From: Moniliella sp. 'wahieum'
Taxonomy: Eukaryota
Direction: 5' to 3'
NCBI GenBank assembly: GCA_003971905.1
Contig: RSEE01000033.1
Coordinates: 248,001 to 312,000, forward strand
DNA: 64,000 nucleotides
Under the pieces are notes generated by a model that did no database searches, had not been told where the DNA came from, and saw only the letters and a list, made by a program, of their open reading frames with translations. This document shows positions 11,148-23,492 of the stretch, piece by piece (positions within the stretch are counted from its first letter, which is position 1; each line of letters begins with the position of its first letter). A program made the translations under genes and the position numbers.

Positions 11148-13339
11148 GGACGGGTGCGAACCGTTATGATGTGGGAACGACTGAAGGCTTCCCACTACTG
11201 TTTTACAAACGAGCAAGTTGGGAGCGCATGTGGAGTGGAAAGTGAAAGGACAATGCAATCTCTTCGAAGCGACTTGGCGGGAATGAAGACTAAGAAGGGG
11301 TTATGTGCAGAATCCATCAGAATGCTAGGAGGGATGAGATGGGGAGGTGGGGGGAGCATAGGCGTGAGTCTTGGGGTCTTATTTTGTTGCAGTTGAAACC
11401 CTGTCACCTTTGACACCAAAAATGAACAAGCAACTGCAGCCCGAAAGGAGCACAGGGGGCTTTGCTCCTTGCTTTTTGGACTTGCAGGGGCAGGATGGTG
11501 AGAAAGGGAAATGCAGAGAAAGGGGAAAGGATGTGGCAGAAAATGGACTGCTAATGTTAAGTTTTGGTGGTCGCAGGAAGAAGAAAATTCCAGATCCTAT
11601 CCTCGTCCGAGATCGATCCCGAAAAAAGGACCAACCGCGGTCCATCGTAGAGCACAGCAACACACAATTCGATCCTTCATCCGCTTATGCACATGGGGGG
11701 GGGGGGGGGTAAAGTGCAGTGGGACATGTGAACATGGGATGCAGCTCAGGGAACGAAAGAGTGAAAACATCTGTCGGAAAGGGATGTTGTGGACGCATCA
11801 CACGACTCGGGAAGATAATGGGAAACGATGAAGTCCCAATCCGGTAAAGCTGGTGAAAAACACAACGGGCTTGACCTAGCTGTGGTGACCGAGGTCTGGC
11901 AGTATGCTCAAATCTTCTCACTACGCTGCAGGACTGAGCACGTGCTGCAGTCCTTCAGATGGAGACCACAAGGACAGCAAGCTCAACGATCAATACAGGA
12001 GCGTCATGGACCGCACAAAGAGAAGAGACGGGTCTTGCGAATCGGAACCGGGACGCATTTTGGGGATAGAGGTACGGAGAAGGGCAGAAAGGAAGAATGA
12101 AACCACCGGGGGTGGAGGGGTCGGGTAAGTGAGGGAACTGTGCAGAACGCAAATGCAATTGGCGCCCGGGCTCAGCGTAGGAGGCACAATGACCTAAAGG
12201 AAACGAAGCGTGTGGACCGGGCGTTTTGGGTGTTAGGTACAAAAATGGAGAGGAGAGAGCAACTTGGATCTCTCGACGTTATGTGTGGTTGACAGCCTCT
12301 TTCCAGTCGGAGAAAGAACACCGCCTCGATGGGTGTAATCGTTGGTGGGGAGTAAGTGATGGTATACCCAAAAATAGTAAGGGGCCTATACTGTGGAAGA
12401 GGATATGGGTCGGTGGCTGGCGGACCACCAGCGCCCCTGAATCGAAAAACTTGGGGAACAGACCTAACAAAACCCGCCTCAGCTCTTGACTGCGCCCCAA
12501 CGTTGATACAGCAGATCGGCAAGAGCTACTCCAAGTCTCATCGATCAAATAAGTGCATAGCTAGATCACTCCTCTTACGCACCCGGACGCTGCCTCTACT
12601 GGTGGTTTTTCTAAATCTGTCTGCGAGAAATGGCAGGCCATGTGACCCATGAGCCGGACGCGCTTGATCGACCTGATCCTGGATCGACTGGATCAGCTGA
12701 TCAGCTTGGATCGATGATCTGACCGATCCAAGATCTGGCCAGCTGCTGCGCTGGCGGTTGCCGGTTGCCCCAGGTTGCCCCTCGAGGAGACTCCGAGATG
12801 CTCACATCTGTCTGAGGATCGAGGACCACTGGATCGTACTGATCATCGATCAGGCATCACGCCTCACGCACCACGCCTGATTAAGAGGGCGGTTAGATAA
12901 GCGGTGGTGCTGCTGCTGCCCGCAAGCGACGCGGCAGTCTGGCGCCGTGCCTGCGGCTTTGCATGCCGCACCCACAGGCTGCTGTCGCCCGTCTTCTGGC
13001 GCGCCACCGCCACCATCTCCGCATTGGGGGCGTGCGTCATGCTGTCTGCTCCGAGCGAGTCTGCGTCGCCGACGCATGATGGCAGGTCCTCCCTTCTGCG
13101 CCGCCTCAGCCGCGTCGGGTTGAGCAAGATGGTCTCTCCTGAACCCAGGGCAGCCGAGCTTGCCGTCCCCGCCTCGGGCCCTGGCAGTGGCTCCGGATCG
13201 CCCAAGGGGGCAGCCGCTACCCTTCGCGCCTTCAACCATCCGTACCGCAGTGTCTCCACCCCGCAGCCGTCGCCCCATCCGGTTAATGCGTTTGAGCGGC
13301 CCACCCTGCAGCAGGGGGTCCAGTCGCGGGTTCAACACA

Positions 13340-14800
13340 ATGCCTCGATCCAGCCCACCAAGGATATTGGATCGACTGCGACCCAGGCCATGACGATGCA
13401 CTGGCCCTGCTCATGGCCACTCATCATCCGTCCCTTCGCCTCATTGGCGTTAGCACTGTATCTGGTAATGCCCCCGGCAGGGCCACCTACATCAACGCTG
13501 CTCGCGTCTTGGTCGCGATTGGAGCCGACTGGGTTCTGCGCTCGCGCGCCTCGCATCCCGCACGCACTACGCCGGCATCCCACCCACGCCGCCTACTGAC
13601 GACCCTGATGTGATGTATCCCGTTTTGATTCGCGGAGCGGATGCCCCCCTACTCCAAACTGTCCGGCACGATGCCTCCATTCATGGACAAGATGGCTTAG
13701 GGGGCGTTCTGGGCCTCCCGTCGTTGGACGATCCAGTGCTGGCCAAACGCCTCTGGGCTTCATACGCTGGATACGACCCAGACCTGGTTGAAGATCCTAC
13801 GCCCGATTCAACACACGCCGAACCGGTCGCACCCCGCCTCGCGGTACCCTCGGCTTCGCCGGACCGGTCGTAGCGGCCCTAGCGGCTGAACTTCGCCGGC
13901 GCCGCCGTGCAGGCGCCCCCCCACTCCACATTTGCATCACGGGGCCTTGCACGAACATTGCGCTGCTTATCAAGCTTCACCCGGCCCTCGTTGCCCCCGA
14001 CACGGTTGCCTCGATTGTAATCATGGCGGCGCAGCTGGGTCGGCAGGCAACCGGTGGGCTCTGGGAGAATTCAATGCGGCCTGCGACCCAGAGGCGATTG
14101 CGATTGTCAGTACCATCCGGTCAAAGTTGTGATGGCTGGCCTGAACGTAACCCACCAAGCCATCTTTACGCCTCAGATCCATGACCGTCTGCTCCAGCAG
14201 GTCCCGGCTGGATCCACTTCTGCAGCGCGTAAACAAAACTGGGGATGGCGCCAATGGGACCTCGCATCCGCCTACCCGTTTAACCGCACCCCAACGTACG
14301 CAAACTTGTCTCCTCGGCTGTCACCTTCTTTGCCTCCACCTACTGCAAACGACTTTGGGTTTAAGTACGGCCCACCAGTCCATGATCTTTTGACGGTGGT
14401 GTATGTGGCAGAGCCGCAACTGTTTTACACGTATGACCTTCCCACCACCCACATGGGCCCGCATGCCGCCAGCATCCATACGGCTCAAAGCAAAGCAGCC
14501 GCCTGGAGCGCCCGTGCGCTCAATTCCCACTCACAGGACGGTATCCGGCCCAGTGCCGAGGGGGGGTAATACCCTACTCGGACCCTGCCGTTTCCTCCCC
14601 TGCGGTACCGCGTCGAGGTCGAGACAGGCCAGGGCTTGGCTTCCGGGGCGACCGTGGTGGACTTTTACCATACCTGGGCAAGCCCACGGACACATGGGGC
14701 AAAGGCGGGAAGAATGTGGAAGTGTTGGAGGAGCTTGACACGGACGGCTTATGGGAGTTGCTACTGGATGTGGTCGACTGTGCCGAGCAAGCCCTACTGA
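13340..14800 (+). CDS. URH1: Inosine/uridine-preferring nucleoside hydrolase (frameshifted)
   Basis: IDCDPGHDDALA Ca-binding motif, IGVSTVSGNA, IHGQDGLGG, TGPCTNIAL, GEFNAACDPEA, MAGLNVTHQA, GPPVHDLLTV. Confidence 0.88.
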
Positions 14801-16023
14801 CGTTTTGAACCCCCAAAGCGTATCCCTTTCATCCCCCCATCCCCCCACACCATATACAACCCCCCCCCCCACGTGGCTACTACTGCCCCACGTGCGGTGA
14901 TTCAAGCATGCACCTGTTGGCGCGCCTGCCCGCAGATTGAATGTGCCAAGTCGCTATAGCATGACTAACTAGTGGTATCCGGCCTAACCCGTAACCGACT
15001 AACCATAGGTGTGGGGTAGCCGATCGCTCTGTTGAGAGAGAACTGAGACCTCCACCTGTGGGCCTGAGGGCTGGAGGCTGGGGTCGGGGCAGGCTCTTGC
15101 GCTGAGGCGCTGAGGCGCGAAGGCTTGGATATTGGATCAGGTACCCACAAGGCCAGGCATCATGCATCATGCATGATCAGTCATCACCGATCAGTGTACC
15201 CACCCTCCACCGTGAGGCATATGCATGGCCAAGGCGGCGGTGTGCAGACGGACAACAGTGCGCCCAGCATGTTCAAGCTCACTCGGGAGATGGAGTTCCA
15301 AGTGACTCGCATGCACTCACCTGTCAGAAAAACTTCCCCTCTCCAATTTGATCCTTTCGATGACGGGGAGGCATCTAGGGGGGGATAGGTACAGTGTTCC
15401 AGACGATACCCAACGACCGGTACCAGTGGCAACCGCTAGCCGGAAAACGGGCATTGGAGGCCGCGTCCCCAGCATGGACACAGTAAAGCAATGCAAACCC
15501 CCCGCACAGATGAAAGTGTAATTGTGGGCCAACATACAATGTGCACACTCACCATGACCCACGTACACCCCACAATCTTGTCTTGGAGTTATATGCGCCC
15601 TTTGTTGTAAAAGTGATAACTAGTAGTAGCTAAATGAGGAACCCCACACATGCCTGGGGTGGAAACCACGGGGTCTCCACACCCACACTGCAAACAGAGA
15701 CCGACCACTCTACAAAATAGCCCGTGCATCTTCTCAATCGTTCCTTTCTGCCGAACAAGGACCCGAGCGTGTGGGGGAGAGGGCTAAGGCCTATTAAGGC
15801 CGTAAGGGCGTGAGGCCTGAGGGTGTGGAATCTCGATAATTAAAGTCTGGGGGGGAGATCGGCAATGTTGGGGGAGGGACGCTGGCTTGGCCTGGCCATC
15901 GATATCAAGATTACGGCTCTGTTGCCCGTTGATGATAGTTGCACTCAACCATATTGATGCGGGGGTGATGCATATGCATTGGTACAGGTCAATTACATCG
16001 GAAGTAATACCCCGGCAGTTTTC

Positions 16024-16031
16024 TATATAAA
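16024..16031 (+). promoter_or_regulatory. TATA box of the Ady2-like gene
   Basis: TATATAAA about 100 bp upstream of ATG 16128, followed by a pyrimidine/CA-rich leader. Confidence 0.55.
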
Positions 16032-16127
16032 TATCTCTATCTATATCTCCCTGAACATCCCGTACCACATATATCTGCCGCCCACCCCCCGTTACATCAC
16101 CACACACTTGTTTCGCTCACATCCATC

Positions 16128-17296
16128 ATGAACGTCACCGAACACGAGCACACTAGCTTGAAAAACGTCAACACTGGCGACCACACCAGCAACAGCGACG
16201 TGGAGGCAGCCCCTTCTTCCTCTGCAATGCCACCCCTCCTCCGCAGCTTAACCCGTACGTTTCTTTGGGCTTTTGTATCTCAGCAGTGCTGACTCTTTCC
16301 ATCTACGGCAGCTGGAGGCATGCAGTCGACACAACCCAAGCTGGCTTCCCAGTTTACCATCGGTATGCCCCCCCTCTCCAATAAACGAAACAAGCATAGT
16401 CTCCCAGAGCTGACTACTGTGTACCCATTTAACAGCAAGTTAGGTGAGGCTGGACCACTTGGACTGTTGGCTTTCTCCATCTCCACCTTCGTCTTGTCAA
16501 TGTTCAACGTGCACGCTCGTGGGATCGAAACTTCTTCGTTTGCTGTGGCCATGGCCGTTGGTGTGGGGGGTCTCGGGCAAACCATCGCTGGAATCTTTGA
16601 ATTTGCCAGTGGTACGTTGTTGGCCTGAATCCTTTTAATCTTAGTGGCTCCTTTTCTGGATGAGGAGATTGAGCTGCACGCGGTATCTTCGTGGCACTAA
16701 CCGCTGCCCATTGTTGCTTCTTCTATATTTGTTTTCAGGGAACACGTTTGCTGCAACTACCTTTTGCATGGTGCGTCGTTTCTCACAAACCTGTTCCGTC
16801 TCATTCTCTGTTTCATGTCTGTTGTCAAGCAGTTTGGCACAATATGGGTGCTCCTAATGGAAACTGACTCTTTTTTGTGCTGACTCTCTGAACACATTCT
16901 TGTCTGGGTTGGCTACTAATAGTACGGAGGGTTCTGGGTGAGCTACGCCACTATCTCAATCCCCTGGTTTGGCATCGCTACTTCCATTCCCCCCCCGACC
17001 AACTCGCCTCGTGCCTCGGGATCTACCTCGCAGCATGGTTCATTGTCACGGTCATTTTTGCAATGGCAGCGCTGCGTTCGTCCGTGTCACTGCTTTTGCT
17101 GTTTATCACGCTCTCAATGACGTTCCTGTGTCTGTTCGCATTCTACTTTACGGGGAACCCCCACCTCGAAACCGCGGGAGGCGCATTTGGCATCATTACT
17201 TCTGCCTTTGGGACGTACACCGCCGCTGCAATCCTCATTACACCAGCCACCTCCTTTTTTGTTCTCCCCATCGGCTCCCTTGCTCGCAAGGACTAA
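16128..17296 (+). CDS. GPR1/FUN34/YaaH (Ady2/AceTr) acetate transporter family; introns ~16255-16311, 16363-16435, 16612-16738, 16771-16922
   Basis: KLGEAGPLGLLAFSISTFVLSMFN, GGLGQTIAGIFEF, GNTFAAT, YGGFWVSYA, AGGAFGIIT; GT-AG introns with branch points. Confidence 0.88.
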
Positions 17297-18772
17297 CAGG
17301 TCGAGATTGGTTTGGTTGTCTCTGATCTGTGTGCGGGGTGTCAAAAAAAGCCTTTCACCACACCCGTTGTTTTTTGAAGGAGGAAGATTCCTTATCCTAC
17401 CAAGTTCTCCTTTCTTTGTTACGCTGTACCAACACTTCCCCTTTTACGGTACCGGTTTCCCAAGAACACTAAAAGCGATGGGAAAACTGAATGTTACTAG
17501 ATGACCGCGATGAATTCAATAATACTTCTCTCCTCAAGGGTTAATAAACCCAAACGTTGGCCTCCAGGAAACCATAGGTTCTCAAAGCCTCCTGTCCACA
17601 TGTACCCTCAATATAAAATACTAGTACTGACTCCTCTCCTTTGTTCATGCAGGCAGAGGAAGGTGTCACAGGATGAATTGCTTGACGCCCAGTTACCCGT
17701 GGCGACCGCGCGTCTCTCGTCCACTCCTGGGACGTGTTGGCCAACTCGCCTCCCCCCATGCAAGCAGCAAGAGTTGTAAGCGAAGGGTACAAGAGAGCAG
17801 TAACAAAATAACCTCCACTATGTCCCACTGCAGAAAGATATACACGGCACCCACAGTCCGGGCGGATGACTCTCTCTTCGTTGTACGATCTTTTACACAG
17901 CTTGCTTTCTTTTTCGAGGCTGATCAAAACGAGGGGACTCACCACAGGTTATCAAACCCCACCGAATAGAATGAGAGCGCGCATCAGGTAGTGCTTACAC
18001 GCGAGGGCGTAAAGGGTCGCTGTGAGAGGTCTGCTGGATGTGGCAGGATCAATTAGGGATGCGGCGCCGCGCGTGCACTAAGGTTTCAATTGGGACCCCC
18101 GTCGGCAGGGGTTTTGCCCGAGTGTGGATTGGCAGGTGGGATGCGAGGATCCGACTGGGTGTGGGCCTGTGGGGGTGGGGGGCGGCAGGGGCCTACAGAG
18201 GGGATCTTCCCCAGTGGCAATAAGTAGCAGGCGACGCAATCGCATTGCCGTAAGTGGCTGCGTCGCCGGATGGCCGGAGGGTGACTAGGTACGGAGTCTC
18301 AATAACTGAGCGGCTGCGTAAGGCTCGGGGGTGTGGCAGGGAGGGACTGCAATGGAGTACAGCTGACTCTAACGCGTTCAACAGGCGCAGCTGGGAAACA
18401 TACTAGGAAACGTAGTACTAGGGCGCTGCGCGCTGCCCTGCCGCTGCAGCATTCAATAGTCAGGCCTAGTCAGGCCTCAGGCTCATTGAACGATCAGCTT
18501 GATCGGGAGTGTAGGGTTACTTTCTCTTGACCAGTGACTTCCAACGAAATGACGGGTGACTACTAGTGACTAGGTATCGTATATCAGTCACCGGTCACCA
18601 CGTACCACACACATGTCACCACCCAGTCACTAGTTGCCCTTAGCATCGCTTCGGCTCGTCTGCGTATCTGTCCGCAGCCACCACCACCTCCTCTCTCCCC
18701 CCCCCTCCCTCCCTCCTTCTCCCCTTCCCCGCCGCACCCCTCCCTTTCTTTCGCCCACTGCCACCAGCCGCA

Positions 18773-21369
18773 ATGGGCGCCGCTCAATCCCGCACCCGCT
18801 CCGACGACTTGGACCGCGAGCCGAGGCTGTCGGCCACCCGCAGCTCGTCCCGGGACGATTCGACGCCAGAGCGCGCCATCCAACTCCCTGCGCCACTGTC
18901 ACTTGCTGGTCGGCGCCGGCGGCGCGAATCGCACGAACATGTGTTGATGGGAAACTCAGATGCTCCCCCATCGCTACGCCGCCGTCTTCTTCATCCTATC
19001 CGACCCTCCACTCGCAAGTCTCGCCACCCAGCGCCAGTCCCCGAGACTGACATCCAAACAGACTCTGGCGGGAGCACCACCCCTCACCCAATATTCCTGC
19101 GGATGAGGGAGATGCGTCTCATCCCCTGGTCGAGGGTATGGCGAGATTTGTCTCTTCAGCTCCAGAAAATGCGCAGTCCCCCTCGCCACCCGCCTCAGCC
19201 CCTACCCTTGAAACAGCGACCGATCTGCCTCCAGAGCACAATATCAGCGACACCAGGCCTCATCCTGACTCCAGTTCAAGCCCCACGCAACGTCTAAGCC
19301 GGTTGCGACTTTCTTCGTTGCTTGCACGGAGAACACGAGGGCGTGGCACCCCTGGCCTTGCCTCAGATGAATCTTCTCTGAATGCGGACTCTACCGCAAG
19401 CTCCCGTCGTCGTCGGATGCCTGATCTAGGTAGCAGACCGGGCCCACTTTTGGGGTTCGCCCCTATCTTTGAAGATTTGTTGCGGCGCCGTGCTCTTTAT
19501 CGGCGTCATGGGCTCGGCGAAACCAATGTGAGTCTGCCTACTTCGGGTCTCCTCACAACCGGCACTTTCATTGTCGTCCAGGGTCTCTTTATGGCGCGAT
19601 ACAACCCATCCCCCACCTCTCCATCGTCCAATCGAGATGGCCAAATTCCCCCCTCGACTGCAGTTCCTGATCCAAACGACGCGCCTTCCGAGGAAACGAG
19701 TGCACAGCCTCAAGCCTCCCCTCTCGATATCGCCTCCACTTTGGCCGCTCCGCAAGCCCAAGTTCCAGAAGGGTCGCACTCCAATCGAGCCCAAGAACAA
19801 GACACTGAGGCCCACGCTCCTCCTACAGAGCCCAGTTGGGGAGGGAGAAGCACGGCGCCTGATGGCTCGGGTTGGACGCGATTGAATGCTTCGGAACCGT
19901 CAACTGCGAGCGAACACGGTGCTCTTCTGACGCGCATGTTGGCTGTCGCAGCGTCTGCTGTAGCCATCAACCTGCTTGATCCATCTCAGATCATGTTTCG
20001 TACTATGGAAGCCTCCGTCCCGCCCGGCTATTCCTTGCCTGACTCTTTGTCCGACACTTCCCCCGAGGGCACGTCCCTGCCGGGCTCGGCTGCTTCGGGC
20101 TCGGGTACGCCCGGCTCAGTTGGAAGCGGTACTTCCAACCGTACTACTCACGCCGGACCAGAAGGCCAGCAGTCTCAACCCCTTGATTTGCCCAACTTGC
20201 TTCGGTCGGCATTGGCTGGGGATACTCCCGGGCCTGGCCCGGCACCCCACTTGCACGCTGACAGCTTGCCATGGCCGCGGACATCGGTTGCCTGTCCGCC
20301 CGACTCGGCCACTGGCGCTGCTCGTGCGGATGCGGATGCGGATGCCGATGCAGTTGAGTCGGGCCAGGTTTCCTCGGCAGGATGGACGCATGCCTCGCTG
20401 GAATCTTCTCTGCGACGTGCTCGCTTGGGCCGCGTGGACGATGGCCCAGAACACACCTTTGATCATTGGCTCCACACACTCTCTTTAGATCTGGTGGCGG
20501 CCATCGAGACGGTCTGGGAGCATCGAGCTGCTCAACATCCAGGTTCCGAACGGAGCATGGAAACGGATGCTGCCGATGGGCCAGGAAACAGTCCGGTGCC
20601 AGAGGAGGTGCGGCAGCGCCGGTGGCATGATGTGTTAGACGATGAAATCGTCTTTTTCCGTATGTTCCGGTTTGACCCCCAGCCCCTGCCCGGCCCGCTG
20701 CACGGAAGTTCAGTGCCTGGCCAAGAAGGTGGGACAGCAATGTCCTTTGACGAGTCCCCGGGGCTAGCGCATGGTTCCGGCCCTAGTCGGGGGAGACCGC
20801 GGGCTCCTCCGCTCCCTCTTTGGACTACCCTATCCCCCATTTGGTCATTGGCATTCGCTCAACTCATTTGCCCGCCGAGACGAATGGGACGGACGGGGCG
20901 GGTGGGAGCGAATTGCCGCCTGTGCGGTACAACATTGTTATCACGGGCGGCTATTACGAGCCGAACCATCCGCTGCGCACCCTACCGCTTCCGGTGTCGG
21001 GACTGGAAATGATGTACCTGATCGAACTGCTGTCGGGCCTCCAAGCGATTGTGGCCGCCTCCATGTCGCGCATCAAGGCGGTAACGCAGGAGGAGATTGA
21101 TGCCTCGGATACCGTTGTCCTGCATGGTCGCACTGCGATTGTGGATGCGTATGAGCAGGGCCAAATCCAAGGGGGCGAGGCGGACCACTGCTGTGCTGTG
21201 CTACGATGAGTGGAACGACGATTGCCGGGCGCGCATCTTGCCATGCAAGCATGCGTTTCATGTCGAGTGCGTTGACAAATGGCTCATGCAGTCCGCCAAT
21301 TCCTGCCCCCTTTGCCGCCAGAAGGTAGTGCCACACCGATCCTCCATGCCCTTCAACGGAGCCATTTGA
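18773..21369 (+). CDS. Large disordered protein with C-terminal RING-H2 finger (putative E3 ubiquitin ligase), frameshifted
   Basis: CAVCYDEW...ILPCKHAFHVECVDKWLMQSANSCPLCRQ; internal FFRMFRF and IVITGGYYEPNHP motifs; N-terminal MGAAQSR resembles a myristoylation site. Confidence 0.82.
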
Positions 21370-22505
21370 TTGTATTTTCAAAGTTCTCGCCTATGGACGC
21401 TCCCCCCTTCTCCTCCACGTTCACTTCCATCCCTGTTTGTAACTCCTGTTCGCATTCTTTTGACCCCCTAACCCATTCTCCTCTCATGTTTCCACGCCCG
21501 CAATGTCATTTCGAGGGGATCGCCCTTATCAGTGGCCCTGGCCACCCTCCGTCCGTTGACAACAGACCATGCATACACGCTGGCCAGCTTGGCTCTCCTC
21601 CTTCCCCCCGCTGATCCTCGGGGGGCCTGTTACGACGGGTTGCTTTTCCAACCCACATAGCGTATCAATATATCTTTTAACGTCCACAATGCGCCGTGAC
21701 CACCGGCCCCGCAACGCGCGCGTCTACTCAAGCCTAACCTGGTAGCCGCGTCCGGCAGAAGTGTCTGGATTGGCGGCCGCCGGAACCGCCCCGATGGCGG
21801 GTTGGGCAGGAGAGGCCAGAGCTATCGCTTGTGTGCGCTGCCAGTTGATAAGCTGCACCATGTGCATGACGCCAGCCCGCGCCCCCTCCTCCCCCCCCGC
21901 TGTGCCAGAGCGACGATAACAACACCCCTGCCCACGTCGACCGCAACCAGAGCCGAGTGTTCTGCGCTTCCGTCTCCATCGTAGGCACGGGAAGGGCTAC
22001 ACCGGATTATGCTGCGCAATCGACACGCGGAGCAGCAACCGCTTTCATACGGAGGCCACCTTGACCAACCAGGAGATCAGAACCGAGACTTGCCGCCTCC
22101 GATGCGGCGTTAAGCTTTGAGAGGGGCAACTACGCCTGGCTGATAAGGCGATTGACGAGACGAAGGGCAAACGTGTTGAAGATTGAATGTTCGAGTCGCT
22201 GGATCGAGATCGCGTAATGCGAATGGGCTGTGCACCATGGCCCCAGGTGCCATTTCGGTCGTTGAACGTGGAGGCCGGGTGGGCGAGCGCGTGATTGGAA
22301 GGTCATCGACATCGTGATTGGTCGGTCCTTCTGCGGATCTAAGATGTGAGGGCTAGCTCAGGCCGCAGGCCCTGAGCGTCTGTGCTGGCCCAGAACCTGT
22401 GGAGAGAAGATCTCAGGGCATGGTCCGTGCACGATGCCTCCAGCTGAGCGGGTGCGCGCGGACGGCGTGCGGTAGGGTTGTCCATTATCCGCCTGTCGCT
22501 GAATC

Positions 22506-22554
22506 CATCGACCATCGACCATCGATCATCGATCATCGATCATCGATCATCGGA
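22506..22554. repeat. 7-bp tandem array (CATCGAY)x7
   Basis: CATCGAC x2, CATCGAT x4, CATCGGA read directly. Confidence 0.9.
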
Positions 22555-22950
22555 TCCGGAGAGCTCAACAATCGGTGCCTCGCATCCGTGGCTGGGCTAG
22601 TGCCGGCTGGGTCGTGCCAGTCCCCCCATGCCCCGGCGTCGGCTGGTGCCCCGTGCGCTGCCCCGCGCAGCGCAGCGCACGGGGCAAGCGAAGCCGAGTG
22701 CTAACGCTCTGGAGCTCTGCCCCTGCTAGTAACTCGGAGCAAAGCACTGCCGCAACGCCCGGCGGCATGCCAGCCAAGGCGCCCCCGTGCGGCTGCAGCG
22801 CCGGCCGCACGGGCCCAGTCCCGTCGCTAGCAGTTCGCTGAGCCTTGCATAGCATGCATGCCCTCTGCTGCGCGCCCTCGGCCGCGTCCCCTCGGCTGCG
22901 TCCGCTCGGCCTGTCCTGCCACCACCCTGTCTACCCCCCCGCTTCCACCC

Positions 22951-23492
22951 ATGGCCTCTCCCGAGCAGAAGATCGAATCCACCGCCAAGGCCGTTGCTGA
23001 CGACGCCAGCGCCAAGGCCCAGGAGGCCCATGCCACCGCCTCCGCCAAGGCCAAGGACCTGCGCGCCAAGGCCAAGGAGGCCGCCAGCAAGGCCGACGCC
23101 GATGGCCACCGCCTCGCCCAGGAGCTTAACAAGGCTGCCCAGGAATGGGAAGACAAGTGCGTATCCTCTCATCCCACTCGCCTCCATCCCCCGGCCTGCT
23201 TGCTAACTGCTTTTGGTTCAGAGCCGCCAGGGCTGCTGCCGAGGCCAAGAAAGAGGCGAAGCACTTCTGGCATGTCTTCAGCACCACCCCGGCCTACTGG
23301 GTCTCGGCTTTGGGTGCGGTCAACCTGCTCTTGCTTGGTGGTGCTGGCTACTACATCTACACCCATCAGGACGAGGTCAAGAAGATTGAGCCCCCTGTCC
23401 TGGCCGGTGCGGCTGCCGTGACGGTGGCTGTGGTTGGGGCAGAGGGGTACGCCGCCACCAAGGCGTCGGAGCAGAACAAGAAGCTGCTCTAA
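22951..23492 (+). CDS. Small protein: Ala/Lys-rich helical N-terminus plus two C-terminal hydrophobic segments (OM14-like mitochondrial outer-membrane candidate); intron 23157-23221
   Basis: MASPEQKIESTAKAVADDASAKAQE...WEDK|AARAAAEAKKEAKHFW...VNLLLLGGAGYYIY...VAVVGAEGYAA; in-frame GTGCGT...TTCAG intron; strong codon bias. Confidence 0.7.

Noticed and set aside
11200..12650. Purine-rich 1.4-kb stretch as a transposon or gene remnant
   Set aside because: No transposase or RT motifs, terminal repeats or coherent ORF were recognised.
22506..22554. Tandem arrays as CRISPR
   Set aside because: Eukaryotic context, 7-bp units, no spacers and no cas genes.
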